64,000 nt of DNA, from contig OY970166.1 of NCBI GenBank assembly GCA_963706595.1, positions 4,288,001 through 4,352,000 on the forward strand, in the 5' to 3' direction. Source of the DNA: an uncultured cyanobacterium (lineage in GTDB: Bacteria; Cyanobacteriota; Cyanobacteriia; Cyanobacteriales; Nostocaceae). Position 1 is the first letter of the stretch. Every line of letters begins with the position of its first letter. This document shows positions 30,409-39,345 of the stretch, piece by piece. Below the pieces are notes generated by a model. It made no database searches. It had not been told where the DNA came from and saw nothing but the letters and a program-made list of their open reading frames with translations. The translations under genes and the position numbers were made by a program.

Positions 30409-31089
30409 ATGAATCTAATTGCCAACAACTCTGCAAATAATGACTTTTCCCAGCAAGACTTAAGCTACCACGATCTCAGCAACTACAACTTGAGTCACAA
30501 CTTATTTATAGAAACTAAACTCAATGGCTGTAATTTAAGTTATTGTAATTTAAATGGAGCCAATTTAAAGAATACACAACTATGTGGTGCAGATTTAACG
30601 GGTGCTAGTTTGTGTGGGGCTAAACTGTATAATGCCAAACTCAATGGAGCTAACTTGTGTCAAGCTAATTTAGCTGGGGCAAATTTAAGTGGTTCAGATT
30701 TACGATATGCTACTCTCAAAAAAGTCAAGCTTAATGACACCATATTTAATGACGTAAAAGTAGAAAATGCGGTATTTGAAAGTTGTGAGGGATTAACTGA
30801 AGATATCAAGCGGACACTAAAAAACCGAGGTGCGATCTTCAAAGATTCTATCTCTCAACCTGGAAATATCAGATGGTATATTCAGTATGTAGTTGTACCA
30901 ATTTTAGTTGCTCTAATTGGTGCTGGCATTTTTCTCAAGCCACAGAATGAAACTTGTTCGCTTTCATGGGGTCAAAAGTCGATGCTTAAATATCTACCGG
31001 ATGCTGTCCATAATATGGTAGAGCTTCAAACCAATGAGGATATTTACCTTGTTGCCAATCTAAATAAGCCAGTTCTAAAATACAACTAA
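30409..31089 (+). CDS. Pentapeptide repeat protein with C-terminal TM; last 104 bp overlap tsaB
   Basis: A(D/N)LxG repeats; YVVVPILVALIGAGIF. Confidence 0.8.
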   Translation: MNLIANNSANNDFSQQDLSYHDLSNYNLSHNLFIETKLNGCNLSYCNLNGANLKNTQLCGADLTGASLCGAKLYNAKLNGANLCQANLAGANLSGSDLRYATLKKVKLNDTIFNDVKVENAVFESCEGLTEDIKRTLKNRGAIFKDSISQPGNIRWYIQYVVVPILVALIGAGIFLKPQNETCSLSWGQKSMLKYLPDAVHNMVELQTNEDIYLVANLNKPVLKYN

Positions 31090-31645
31090 CTGTTGCAGCT
31101 AAACCAGATGTGGCTTTAATTAGTTGATATTCACTCTGCCAATTGGCTAAGGTTTCTTGCCATGCTTCCGGTGTAAATACGGTATCAGGTAATAAGGCTG
31201 TGATACTCAAGTTATCAGGCGATATTTGGTAAATAGCACCGAAGATTTTTCCCCGTTGTGCTGCCATTTCTACGGCTATAACTGCTGGTTTCGATTGATT
31301 TTGACCTTTGTTCGCCCAAGCTACTGCGGCTAAGGTGGAAATGGCAAAGATAGGTATATTTAACTGTTGTCCCAAGGTGCGGGCAATGACTACACCAATG
31401 CGAGTCCCGGTGAAACCGCCTGGACCTCTAGCTACGGCAATAAATGTTACATCTGCCCAGGTTTGGGGTTCGATAAATTCTTTTAAATACTGATGTACGT
31501 AGCTAGATAAATCACGCCCCAAATTCCAAGTATCAGCGCGAGTTTCACCAGCAAAATTACTGATAGCCAACCCCAGTTCGGGTGTTGTGGTGTGTAGCGA
31601 GATGGCGTATTTTGTGGCTGCAAGGTTTTGTAGTTCTGGGGTCAA
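30986..31645 (-). CDS. tsaB: tRNA t6A biosynthesis protein TsaB
   Basis: VARGPGGFTGTRIG, ISTLAAVA. Confidence 0.9.
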   Translation of the reverse strand: MTPELQNLAATKYAISLHTTTPELGLAISNFAGETRADTWNLGRDLSSYVHQYLKEFIEPQTWADVTFIAVARGPGGFTGTRIGVVIARTLGQQLNIPIFAISTLAAVAWANKGQNQSKPAVIAVEMAAQRGKIFGAIYQISPDNLSITALLPDTVFTPEAWQETLANWQSEYQLIKATSGLAATVSCILELAYLDWQQGKYPHWFEALPYYGQHPVDI

Positions 31646-31863
31646 GGTTAATTTAGATGTTAATAATTTGAGGGTTATTTATTTATTGAATCATATAATT
31701 GTGGCTTTATTTAGCTGGATGGATTATCGAACCGCCTTCGCTTTAGCGTATGCCCCCAGGGCGTTAGTCGCCAAGAACGCCAAGGGGATAAGGTAATGGT
31801 GGAATGTACGACTACTACAGGCAAGAGTAGTAGCCGCTTTGAATATACAGTAATTGTTTTTGA

Positions 31864-32112
31864 TCACGTTGGTACTAGTTCACCAGGACGCAATTTCGAC
31901 CATTTACCTGTTTCTCGCTTGAAGCTGAGACAACCGACAACATCCCATTCCATTTCAATCATCTCCCCGCTTGTGCGGATGTTGACGTTAATTGAGGGTT
32001 CATTTGGGTCGAAGGTGGGATTTTCGGTTAAATGGGGCTGTTGGTGTTGTGCTTCTACGGCGTGGTAGGTTTCACAACTGTCTACGTAGTGGCAGTTCAC
32101 ACAAATACACAT
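31864..32112 (-). CDS. ycf34: Ycf34 family protein
   Basis: MCICVNCHYVDSCETYHAVE...EWDVVGC. Confidence 0.9.
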   Translation of the reverse strand: MCICVNCHYVDSCETYHAVEAQHQQPHLTENPTFDPNEPSINVNIRTSGEMIEMEWDVVGCLSFKRETGKWSKLRPGELVPT

Positions 32113-32187
32113 AATAGAACTGTCTCCAAAAACCTTTCTTTATTGTTAATGTAACTTAAGCCCAAGTTTTATTCACTATTTGTTGGG

Positions 32188-33474
32188 TTGATTTTTATGA
32201 CAATCCACGGTTTGATATATCCGACTCTAGTTCCTGAAAATTGGCCTTTTGGCTTGGAATGGTTGCCGCAACCTGCTTATATTGTCGGTGGTGCGGTACG
32301 TGATGCTCTTTTGGGTAGAACTCGTGAATACTTGGATTTGGATTTTATTATACCCTCTGGGGCGGTGGCAGTGGCTCAGGCGATCGCACGTCATTATCAA
32401 GCTGGTTTTGTGCTACTTGACCCTCAAAGACAAATCGCCCGTGTGGTTTTTCCCGAAGCTACAGTTGATTTTGCCCAACAGGAAGGCGATAGTTTAGAGA
32501 CTGATTTGCATAGAAGAGATTTTACAATTAATGCGATCGCTTACAATCCCCATACCGCAGAAATCATCGACCCGTTACAAGGGCGGGCTGATTTAGCACA
32601 GGGTATCTTACGAATGATATCAGCTGCTAATCTCAAAGATGATCCTTTGCGATTAATGCGGGCATATCGTCAAGCCGCCCAACTTGGTTTTACTATTGAG
32701 TCAGATACACAGAAAACTATTCAGTCTTTGGCATCACAGATAACTGAAGTCGCAGCCGAACGAGTGCGGGTAGAAATTAATTATTTATTAGCAAATTCTC
32801 AAGGTACATTTTGGCTGACAAAAGCCGCAGAAAATAATTTACTTGCGCCTTTCTTCAAAAATGCTACCCCCGAAAGCTGGGAGAAACTAGGAAAAGTAGA
32901 CACAGTAGCCGCTTTAATTCTCCAGAATTGGCCGCAATTGAGTAGAGAACTGCACCAGTATGTCCGCGATACCGTAAAAACTACTTGGTTAGGTATGACT
33001 AAACTGGCTTGTCTTGTTCACCCTAATCCAGAAGTTGCCAAAATAGAACTACAAGCACTAACTTACAGCCATGCAGAAATTAAAGCTGTTAGCACTGCGC
33101 TGAAACTGTTTCCGCAGCTAAAATCAGCTAGTATGTCTGTGCGAGAACAGTACTTTTTCTTCCAAGAAGCGGGAAATGTATTTGCGGCTACCATAATTTT
33201 AGCCTTAATAGATGATAATTTGGTATCGGCGATGTCTGGAGACCAGTCGCTACGCGTCTACGCACCATTAATCAGCCGCTACCTGAACCCTGATGATCTG
33301 GTTGCCCATCCCACTAAACTCGTCAGTGGTGACCAATTAATTATAGCCTTAAATATTGCACCTTCGCCAAAATTGGGCGAATTATTAACAGAAATCGCCG
33401 TAGCCCAAGCTGAGGGTAGAATTTCCACTCCAGAACAAGCGATCGCATTGGCGCGGAGTTTACTCGTAGACTAG
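32188..33474 (+). CDS. CCA/poly(A) polymerase-family tRNA nucleotidyltransferase
   Basis: VGGAVRD, DLDF, RRDFTINA, DDPLRLMR. Confidence 0.9.
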   Translation: MIFMTIHGLIYPTLVPENWPFGLEWLPQPAYIVGGAVRDALLGRTREYLDLDFIIPSGAVAVAQAIARHYQAGFVLLDPQRQIARVVFPEATVDFAQQEGDSLETDLHRRDFTINAIAYNPHTAEIIDPLQGRADLAQGILRMISAANLKDDPLRLMRAYRQAAQLGFTIESDTQKTIQSLASQITEVAAERVRVEINYLLANSQGTFWLTKAAENNLLAPFFKNATPESWEKLGKVDTVAALILQNWPQLSRELHQYVRDTVKTTWLGMTKLACLVHPNPEVAKIELQALTYSHAEIKAVSTALKLFPQLKSASMSVREQYFFFQEAGNVFAATIILALIDDNLVSAMSGDQSLRVYAPLISRYLNPDDLVAHPTKLVSGDQLIIALNIAPSPKLGELLTEIAVAQAEGRISTPEQAIALARSLLVD

Positions 33475-33595
33475 TGACACACTTCAAAAACTGTCCTGGT
33501 AGATATAGGAACTCCTATCTAATTTTTGTGGGCGTAGCCTGCGCTATGCGCTGACAATCTCGACGTAACACAAAAAGGTTATTCCCCACTCCCCA

Positions 33596-33835
33596 GAAGA
33601 AGCAGGGGCGCACCGGAGCAGGGAGCAAGGGGGAGTTAAGAGGCAGGGGCGCAGGGTGCAGGGTGCAAGGGGGAGTTAAAAGGCAGGGGCGCAGGGTGCA
33701 GGGTGCAAGGGGGAGTAAGAAATTATTTTAAAACTTCCGGTTACTTAGCAACCATTCCTCTTCTCTCCTGCACCCTGCCCCCTGCCCCCATTCTTCTTCT
33801 CCCCTGCCCCCTGCACCCTGCACCCCTGCTTCTTC
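33596..33835. repeat. Inverted heptamer-repeat arms (CAGGGTG/CAGGGAG) with no ORF between them
   Basis: GAAGAAGCAGGGGCGCA vs reverse complement of TGCACCCCTGCTTCTTC (16/17); CCCCACTCCCCA on both flanks. Confidence 0.8.
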
Positions 33836-34175
33836 CCCCCACTCCCCATTAGCATTTTTGCTGATCCTTGCTACTGATTCTTATTGCTGCTGCTGAAATT
33901 TTTCATCCATTTCTTATTTTGCAGAATCAAAATGTCAATAATACTGCTCAAGTATAAAGTTTACACAAATAAAGCAACCTCCAATAAATTCAGCCTGGAG
34001 TGTAGGCTAAAATATGATTATGAGCGATGCCACTATTTCATCGAGCAATGCCATTCTCACCAGTAAATACATCAATTTATATTACATTTAATTAATTTTT
34101 TTTAAAAAACTTTCTTTTCCATAAATAAATTGTATATTTCGCAAAAATTACGTTTAAACTCTGGAATTTGACATA

Positions 34176-37100
34176 ATGCAAAACCAAGAAAATTCCCAGC
34201 CGCCAAATATTTTGAAGTTATCATTGCTACCAAAAATCACGGAATTAGAGGCATTAAATACACCCATCCATTCTGTGCAGTCAAAAGAAATAAAATTACT
34301 CGCAGAAAGTCACAAACAAGAGTTGCTAGTTAGTTCTACTCAAGAAGAAGGAATGATTTTTCAGCTAGCTGATACAACGATACAAGCCTGTAATTCTGCT
34401 GCTGAGAAAATTTTAGGATATCAGCTGCACCAAATAGTGGGAAAAACTTTTTTTGAACCGCCCTGGCAAATAATTCATGAAAATGGGTCAGTTGTAACAC
34501 CAGCAACTCATCCGGCTATGGTTGCTCTCCAAACAAAACAGCCATGTAAAAATATGGTGATGGGCTTTTATCAGCCGACTGGCAAATTAGGTTGGTTATT
34601 GTTAAATTCCCAGCCGTTATTTCCAGCTAATCAAGCTGAACCCTATGCTGTTGTCACGACATTTATCGATATTACTGAAATAAAACTTGATCAATTTAGC
34701 AATGATAATGCTATTGAAATAAATAAAAAATTATTTATAAGTGGCGACCAAATTCAAGTTAATCAAACTTTATCACACAGTGATTTTTGGAATTTTTCCC
34801 TTGACTTGTTATGTGTGACGACATTAGATTGGCACTTTCATCAAATCAACACTGCTTTTAGTCAAATGCTGGGTTACTCATTTGAAGAACTGGTTACTTA
34901 CTCTTGGATGGATTTGATTCATCCAGATGACCAAGCTGCAACTCAAGCAGAAATGAATAAACTAAAAACAGGTATACACAGTACTTACTGGGAAAATCGT
35001 TACCGTTGTCAAGATGGTTCTTACAAATGGCTGGGTTGGACAGTAACTCAGCCCAGAGAAGCACAACTTATATATGCAGTCGCACGAGATATTAGTGTAT
35101 ATCAGCCAGAAATCAAACAGCAGGTTGTAGAATGCACAGCACAATTACCACCCGCCAATGCCATCTTAGCTGAACGAGAAATACTTTACCGGACTCTGAT
35201 GCAGCATATCCCCAATGGTGCTGTTTACTTATTTGACCACAATTTGCGTTACTTGGTGTGTGAAGGTACTGAGTTAGCAGTGGTGGGATTAGCAGCCGAT
35301 TCTATGATTGGCAAAACCGTTGGGGAAGTTTTTCCTGGGGAAACCTGCCAAATCATAGAACCTTTGTATCGTGATGCTTTAGCAGGTAAAACCACAGTTA
35401 GAGAAATCATTTATCAAAATCAAATCTACGAAACTCATACTGTTCCTGTTCGTAACCAGCAAGGAAAAATTTTTGCAGGTATGATGCTACAGCAGAATGT
35501 GACTAGTTGCAAGCAAAATGAAGCCCTCTTGTCCTTGCAAAACCATATTTTAGAATTGATTGCGACGGGTGTATCTCTCCAGGAAGTTTTGATAACTTTA
35601 GCCCAGTCCATCGAGGTCAGGTTACATCAAGTTTTTTGCTCGATTATGTTACTAGATGAATCGCAAACGAAATTACATCTGACTGTCGGTTCTAGCCTAC
35701 CAGAGAAATATACTCAAGCATTAGCAGATGGTGTGCCTGTGGGTGCAGATATGGGCAGTTGCGGCACGGCTGCTTATACCAAAGAAACGGTAATTGTCTC
35801 AGATATTGCTAACGATGTGAAATGGGTAAAATACCGCGATTTGGCACTGCCTCACAATCTTAAAGCTTGTTGGTCTGCGCCGATTTTAGGTAGTCAAGGC
35901 AATGTCTTAGGAACCTTTGCGCTGTACTATTCCACACCACGCATTCCGCAACCATCAGAGCAACAACTGATTGAGAGTGCATCTCACCTCGCAGGTGTGG
36001 CTATTGAGAAATATCGCTCAGAACAGGCGTTGCAACAAAGTGAATATCTCTTGCGGTTGATGACCGAAACTATTCCGCAACAGGTATGGACAGCATTACC
36101 TAATGGTGAATTGGATTACTATAACCAGAGGTGGCGTGATTTTACAGGTAAAACACTCGAACAACTGCAAGCTGATGGGTGGTCTGATATTGTGCATCCA
36201 GAAGATTTAGCACGAGTGGAAAAAGTGTGGAATCACTCTGTGCAAACTGGTAGCGAATACGAGGTTGAGACTCGCTTGCTTTCTAAGAGTGGGGAATATC
36301 GTTGGATTCTAGGACAGGCGCTGCCTTTACGTGACCAAGAAGGAAAGATAATTAAATGGTACGGTACTAATACTGATATTACAGATCATATCCGAGCGAG
36401 GGAAGCTTTCAAAGCCAGCGAATTAAATTTCCGGACTTTGGCAGACACGATGCCACAAATTGTTTGGACTGCTCAACCCGATGGCTGGATAGACTACTAT
36501 AACCAACGCTGGTTTGACTATACGGGCATGACTTGGGAGGAAACTCAAGGTTGGGGCTGGGAAGCGGTACTACACCCCGAAGATGTCCAAATGTCCGTAA
36601 ATAATTGGACTGAATGCGTTCGTACAGGTAAAAATTATGATGTAGAATACCGCTTTCGTCGTGCTAGTGATGGACAATATCGCTGGCATTTGGGTCGAGC
36701 TTTTCCTTTACGTAATTACAAAGGAGAGATTATTAAGTGGTTTGGGTCTTCTACCGATATTGATGATTATAAACAGTCAGAAGCTGCGCTGTGGAGTGCC
36801 TTGCAACAGCAACAAGCCGCGCGTGCGGAAGCTGAAAAAGCTAATCGTATTAAAGATGAGTTTCTCGCAGTGCTTTCTCATGAACTACGAACCCCACTTA
36901 ATCCCATTCTGGGTTGGGCGCAGCTGTTGAAAACTGGCAAGCTAGACCAAGCTAAGACTGCTCAAGCAATAGAAACTATTGAACGCAATGCTAAATTACA
37001 GGTTGACTTAATTGAAGATTTGCTGGATGTATCCCGCATCCTCCAGGGCAAGTTAACTTTAAATGTATCTAGTGTGAATCTAGCAAAGATTATTTCCGCA

Positions 37101-37985
37101 GCGTTAGATACTGTTAGTCTAGCCGCTTCTGCAAAAGAAATTACCATTCACACTATGTTAAAGGAAAATATAGGGGAAATTACAGGTGATTCGGCTCGTT
37201 TACAACAAATTGTCTGGAATCTTCTATCTAATGCGGTGAAGTTTACCTCTCCGGGCGGGAAAGTAGACGTGCGGCTAGAGGAATGTGGTTCTATGGCTCA
37301 AATCCAAGTCAGTGATACAGGCAAAGGTATTAGTCCGGAATTTTTGCCATACATATTTGACTACTTTCGTCAAGAAGATAGTTCAATTACTAGAAAGTTT
37401 GGGGGACTAGGCTTAGGACTAGCAATTGTCCGGCAGTTAGTAGAGTTACATGGCGGCACTGTGAAGGCTGAAAGTTTAGGCGAAGGACAGGGAGCAACTT
37501 TTACGGTGAGACTACCGTTGCGTAAAAGGGTAGCGACTTATCGCCAGACTTCACCGCAACCAGAGAGATTAACAGATCATGCACCGCAGGAAGCAACTTT
37601 AAATTTAAATAGTATGAAAATTTTAGTTGTGGATGATGATGCTGATTCGCGGGATTTTATCGCTTTTGTGCTGAAGATGTATGGTGCAGAAGTGACCAAA
37701 GTGGCTTCAGCATGGGAAGCATTGCAAGTTATTTTCAAGTCTCAGCCAGATGTTTTAGTCAGCGATATTGGGATGCCGTTTATGGATGGCTATGAATTGT
37801 TACGTAAACTGAGGGTTTTGCCGCCAGAAACCGGTGGAAAAGTTCCGGCGATCGCTCTCACGGCCTTTGCGGCAGAGTATGATCAGCAACAGGCGATCGC
37901 CGCAGGTTTTCAAATGCACATCCCTAAGCCCGTGGAACCAGATACTTTAGCAGCAGCAGTTGTGCAATTAGTTAATAATTCGTAA
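34176..37985 (+). CDS. Hybrid histidine kinase: PAS/PAC, GAF, HisKA, HATPase, receiver
   Basis: LSHELRTPL, NLLSNAVKF, GLGLGLAI, VSDIGMP; GAF motif GSCGTAA. Confidence 0.92.
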   Translation: MQNQENSQPPNILKLSLLPKITELEALNTPIHSVQSKEIKLLAESHKQELLVSSTQEEGMIFQLADTTIQACNSAAEKILGYQLHQIVGKTFFEPPWQIIHENGSVVTPATHPAMVALQTKQPCKNMVMGFYQPTGKLGWLLLNSQPLFPANQAEPYAVVTTFIDITEIKLDQFSNDNAIEINKKLFISGDQIQVNQTLSHSDFWNFSLDLLCVTTLDWHFHQINTAFSQMLGYSFEELVTYSWMDLIHPDDQAATQAEMNKLKTGIHSTYWENRYRCQDGSYKWLGWTVTQPREAQLIYAVARDISVYQPEIKQQVVECTAQLPPANAILAEREILYRTLMQHIPNGAVYLFDHNLRYLVCEGTELAVVGLAADSMIGKTVGEVFPGETCQIIEPLYRDALAGKTTVREIIYQNQIYETHTVPVRNQQGKIFAGMMLQQNVTSCKQNEALLSLQNHILELIATGVSLQEVLITLAQSIEVRLHQVFCSIMLLDESQTKLHLTVGSSLPEKYTQALADGVPVGADMGSCGTAAYTKETVIVSDIANDVKWVKYRDLALPHNLKACWSAPILGSQGNVLGTFALYYSTPRIPQPSEQQLIESASHLAGVAIEKYRSEQALQQSEYLLRLMTETIPQQVWTALPNGELDYYNQRWRDFTGKTLEQLQADGWSDIVHPEDLARVEKVWNHSVQTGSEYEVETRLLSKSGEYRWILGQALPLRDQEGKIIKWYGTNTDITDHIRAREAFKASELNFRTLADTMPQIVWTAQPDGWIDYYNQRWFDYTGMTWEETQGWGWEAVLHPEDVQMSVNNWTECVRTGKNYDVEYRFRRASDGQYRWHLGRAFPLRNYKGEIIKWFGSSTDIDDYKQSEAALWSALQQQQAARAEAEKANRIKDEFLAVLSHELRTPLNPILGWAQLLKTGKLDQAKTAQAIETIERNAKLQVDLIEDLLDVSRILQGKLTLNVSSVNLAKIISAALDTVSLAASAKEITIHTMLKENIGEITGDSARLQQIVWNLLSNAVKFTSPGGKVDVRLEECGSMAQIQVSDTGKGISPEFLPYIFDYFRQEDSSITRKFGGLGLGLAIVRQLVELHGGTVKAESLGEGQGATFTVRLPLRKRVATYRQTSPQPERLTDHAPQEATLNLNSMKILVVDDDADSRDFIAFVLKMYGAEVTKVASAWEALQVIFKSQPDVLVSDIGMPFMDGYELLRKLRVLPPETGGKVPAIALTAFAAEYDQQQAIAAGFQMHIPKPVEPDTLAAAVVQLVNNS

Positions 37986-38116
37986 TTTAGATTTTTTTGT
38001 TTCGCGCAAAGGCGCAAAGTCGCAAAGGAAGAAGGAAGAAGAAATTAATATAGATGAAAGCTGCTGTAAACTAATTTTAGGGAAGTATATAACTTCACTA
38101 CCCAGGGACATAAATT

Positions 38117-38737
38117 ATGGTACACAGCTTTATACTGCCACAAGAAACAATTTCTATCTTTCAAGAACGATTAAAAATACTTGAGAGATGTCTGAATGAT
38201 GCCAACCCGAAAGATGAAGTAACAGCAGAGATACTTGAACTGGCAAACAGCAGGCAAATATCTTTGATTCAACTCCGAGAAGAATTTAGAAAGTTTCAGG
38301 ACAAAGTTAATAAGTTTAATAAATTGGGACATAGATTAAACGACAAAGTTAAACAAGGTGAATTAGCAGTTTTACTTTGTGTTAGATTCTATTTTTTGCT
38401 CAAAGAAATTGCAGATAAATACTGGTATTTCTCCTCAATTCAAGTGGGGAAAAAAGTATTTAAAATTATGACTTTAAATTTTATTATTGCCTACAAAAAA
38501 TCAATAATTGAAGCTGGACATGAACATTATAAAAATGAGCATAAATATATTATAATAGAATCGCTAAAACATTTAATCCCATCACTAATCCAAGCTAGTG
38601 TAAGAATGAATGCATTATCTGAAGGAGAAATTAATGCACTAGAGTTAGGAGAAATCACACCCCAAGAATCAGAAACTATGCTGATTTCTTTGGCATCTAC
38701 AAACAAATGGGATGAGGTGTACAAGAATCTTGCATAG
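38117..38737 (+). CDS. Putative antitoxin / partner of the Doc toxin
   Basis: Overlaps the doc start; C-terminus WDEVYKNLA. Confidence 0.6.
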   Translation: MVHSFILPQETISIFQERLKILERCLNDANPKDEVTAEILELANSRQISLIQLREEFRKFQDKVNKFNKLGHRLNDKVKQGELAVLLCVRFYFLLKEIADKYWYFSSIQVGKKVFKIMTLNFIIAYKKSIIEAGHEHYKNEHKYIIIESLKHLIPSLIQASVRMNALSEGEINALELGEITPQESETMLISLASTNKWDEVYKNLA

Positions 38738-39125
38738 TCCTAAATTTATTGAAAAACCAGATGTTTTAAATATACATACTAAGCAGATTAAGCGATATGG
38801 TGGCTCATTTGGCATCCGCGATGAAGGCTTACTAGATTCTGCTATTTACCAACCTCAAGCAAGTTTTGGGGGTGAACTTTTACATCCGACAATTGTTGAA
38901 CAAGCAGCAGCATATTTATTTCACATCACTAATAACCATGCTTTTGTAGATGGTAATAAGCGAACTGCTTTTGATGTTATGGTGACATTCTTAAACTTGA
39001 ATGATTACGAACTGAATCTGACACCAAAAGAAGCTGAAGAATTAACAATACAGGTTGCCGATAACAAAGTGGATAAAGAAAAGTTAATTGAAATCCTGAA
39101 AAATTGCATCATAGAACTCTTCTAA
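38712..39125 (+). CDS. doc: Doc/Fic (death-on-curing) toxin; TTG at 38730 is a possible start
   Basis: GIRDEGLLDSA, HAFVDGNKRTA. Confidence 0.9.
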   Translation: MRCTRILHSPKFIEKPDVLNIHTKQIKRYGGSFGIRDEGLLDSAIYQPQASFGGELLHPTIVEQAAAYLFHITNNHAFVDGNKRTAFDVMVTFLNLNDYELNLTPKEAEELTIQVADNKVDKEKLIEILKNCIIELF

Positions 39126-39304
39126 TAGGATGTTTGTAAAGTCTAATTTATTAATAGCCCCGGCGACTAGAAGTCGCGGCTATACAGACCAAACCCGCCT
39201 ACGCGGGTTAAAAATAAAAACCTTAATTTTTTCATTAGTCCACGGAGGTGGACTTTGCTTGTGTAGTAGCGAATTATATTCGCCCAAAACTTTTAAAACT
39301 CTTC
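39126..39304. mobile_element. MITE-like repeat with internal REP-like palindromes
   Basis: Left end GGATGTTTGTAAAGT as at 14545/14709; inner part homologous to 47557-47640. Confidence 0.6.
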
Positions 39305-39345
39305 CTCTCTGCGACTCTGCGCCTCTGCGTGACACCAATCCATAT

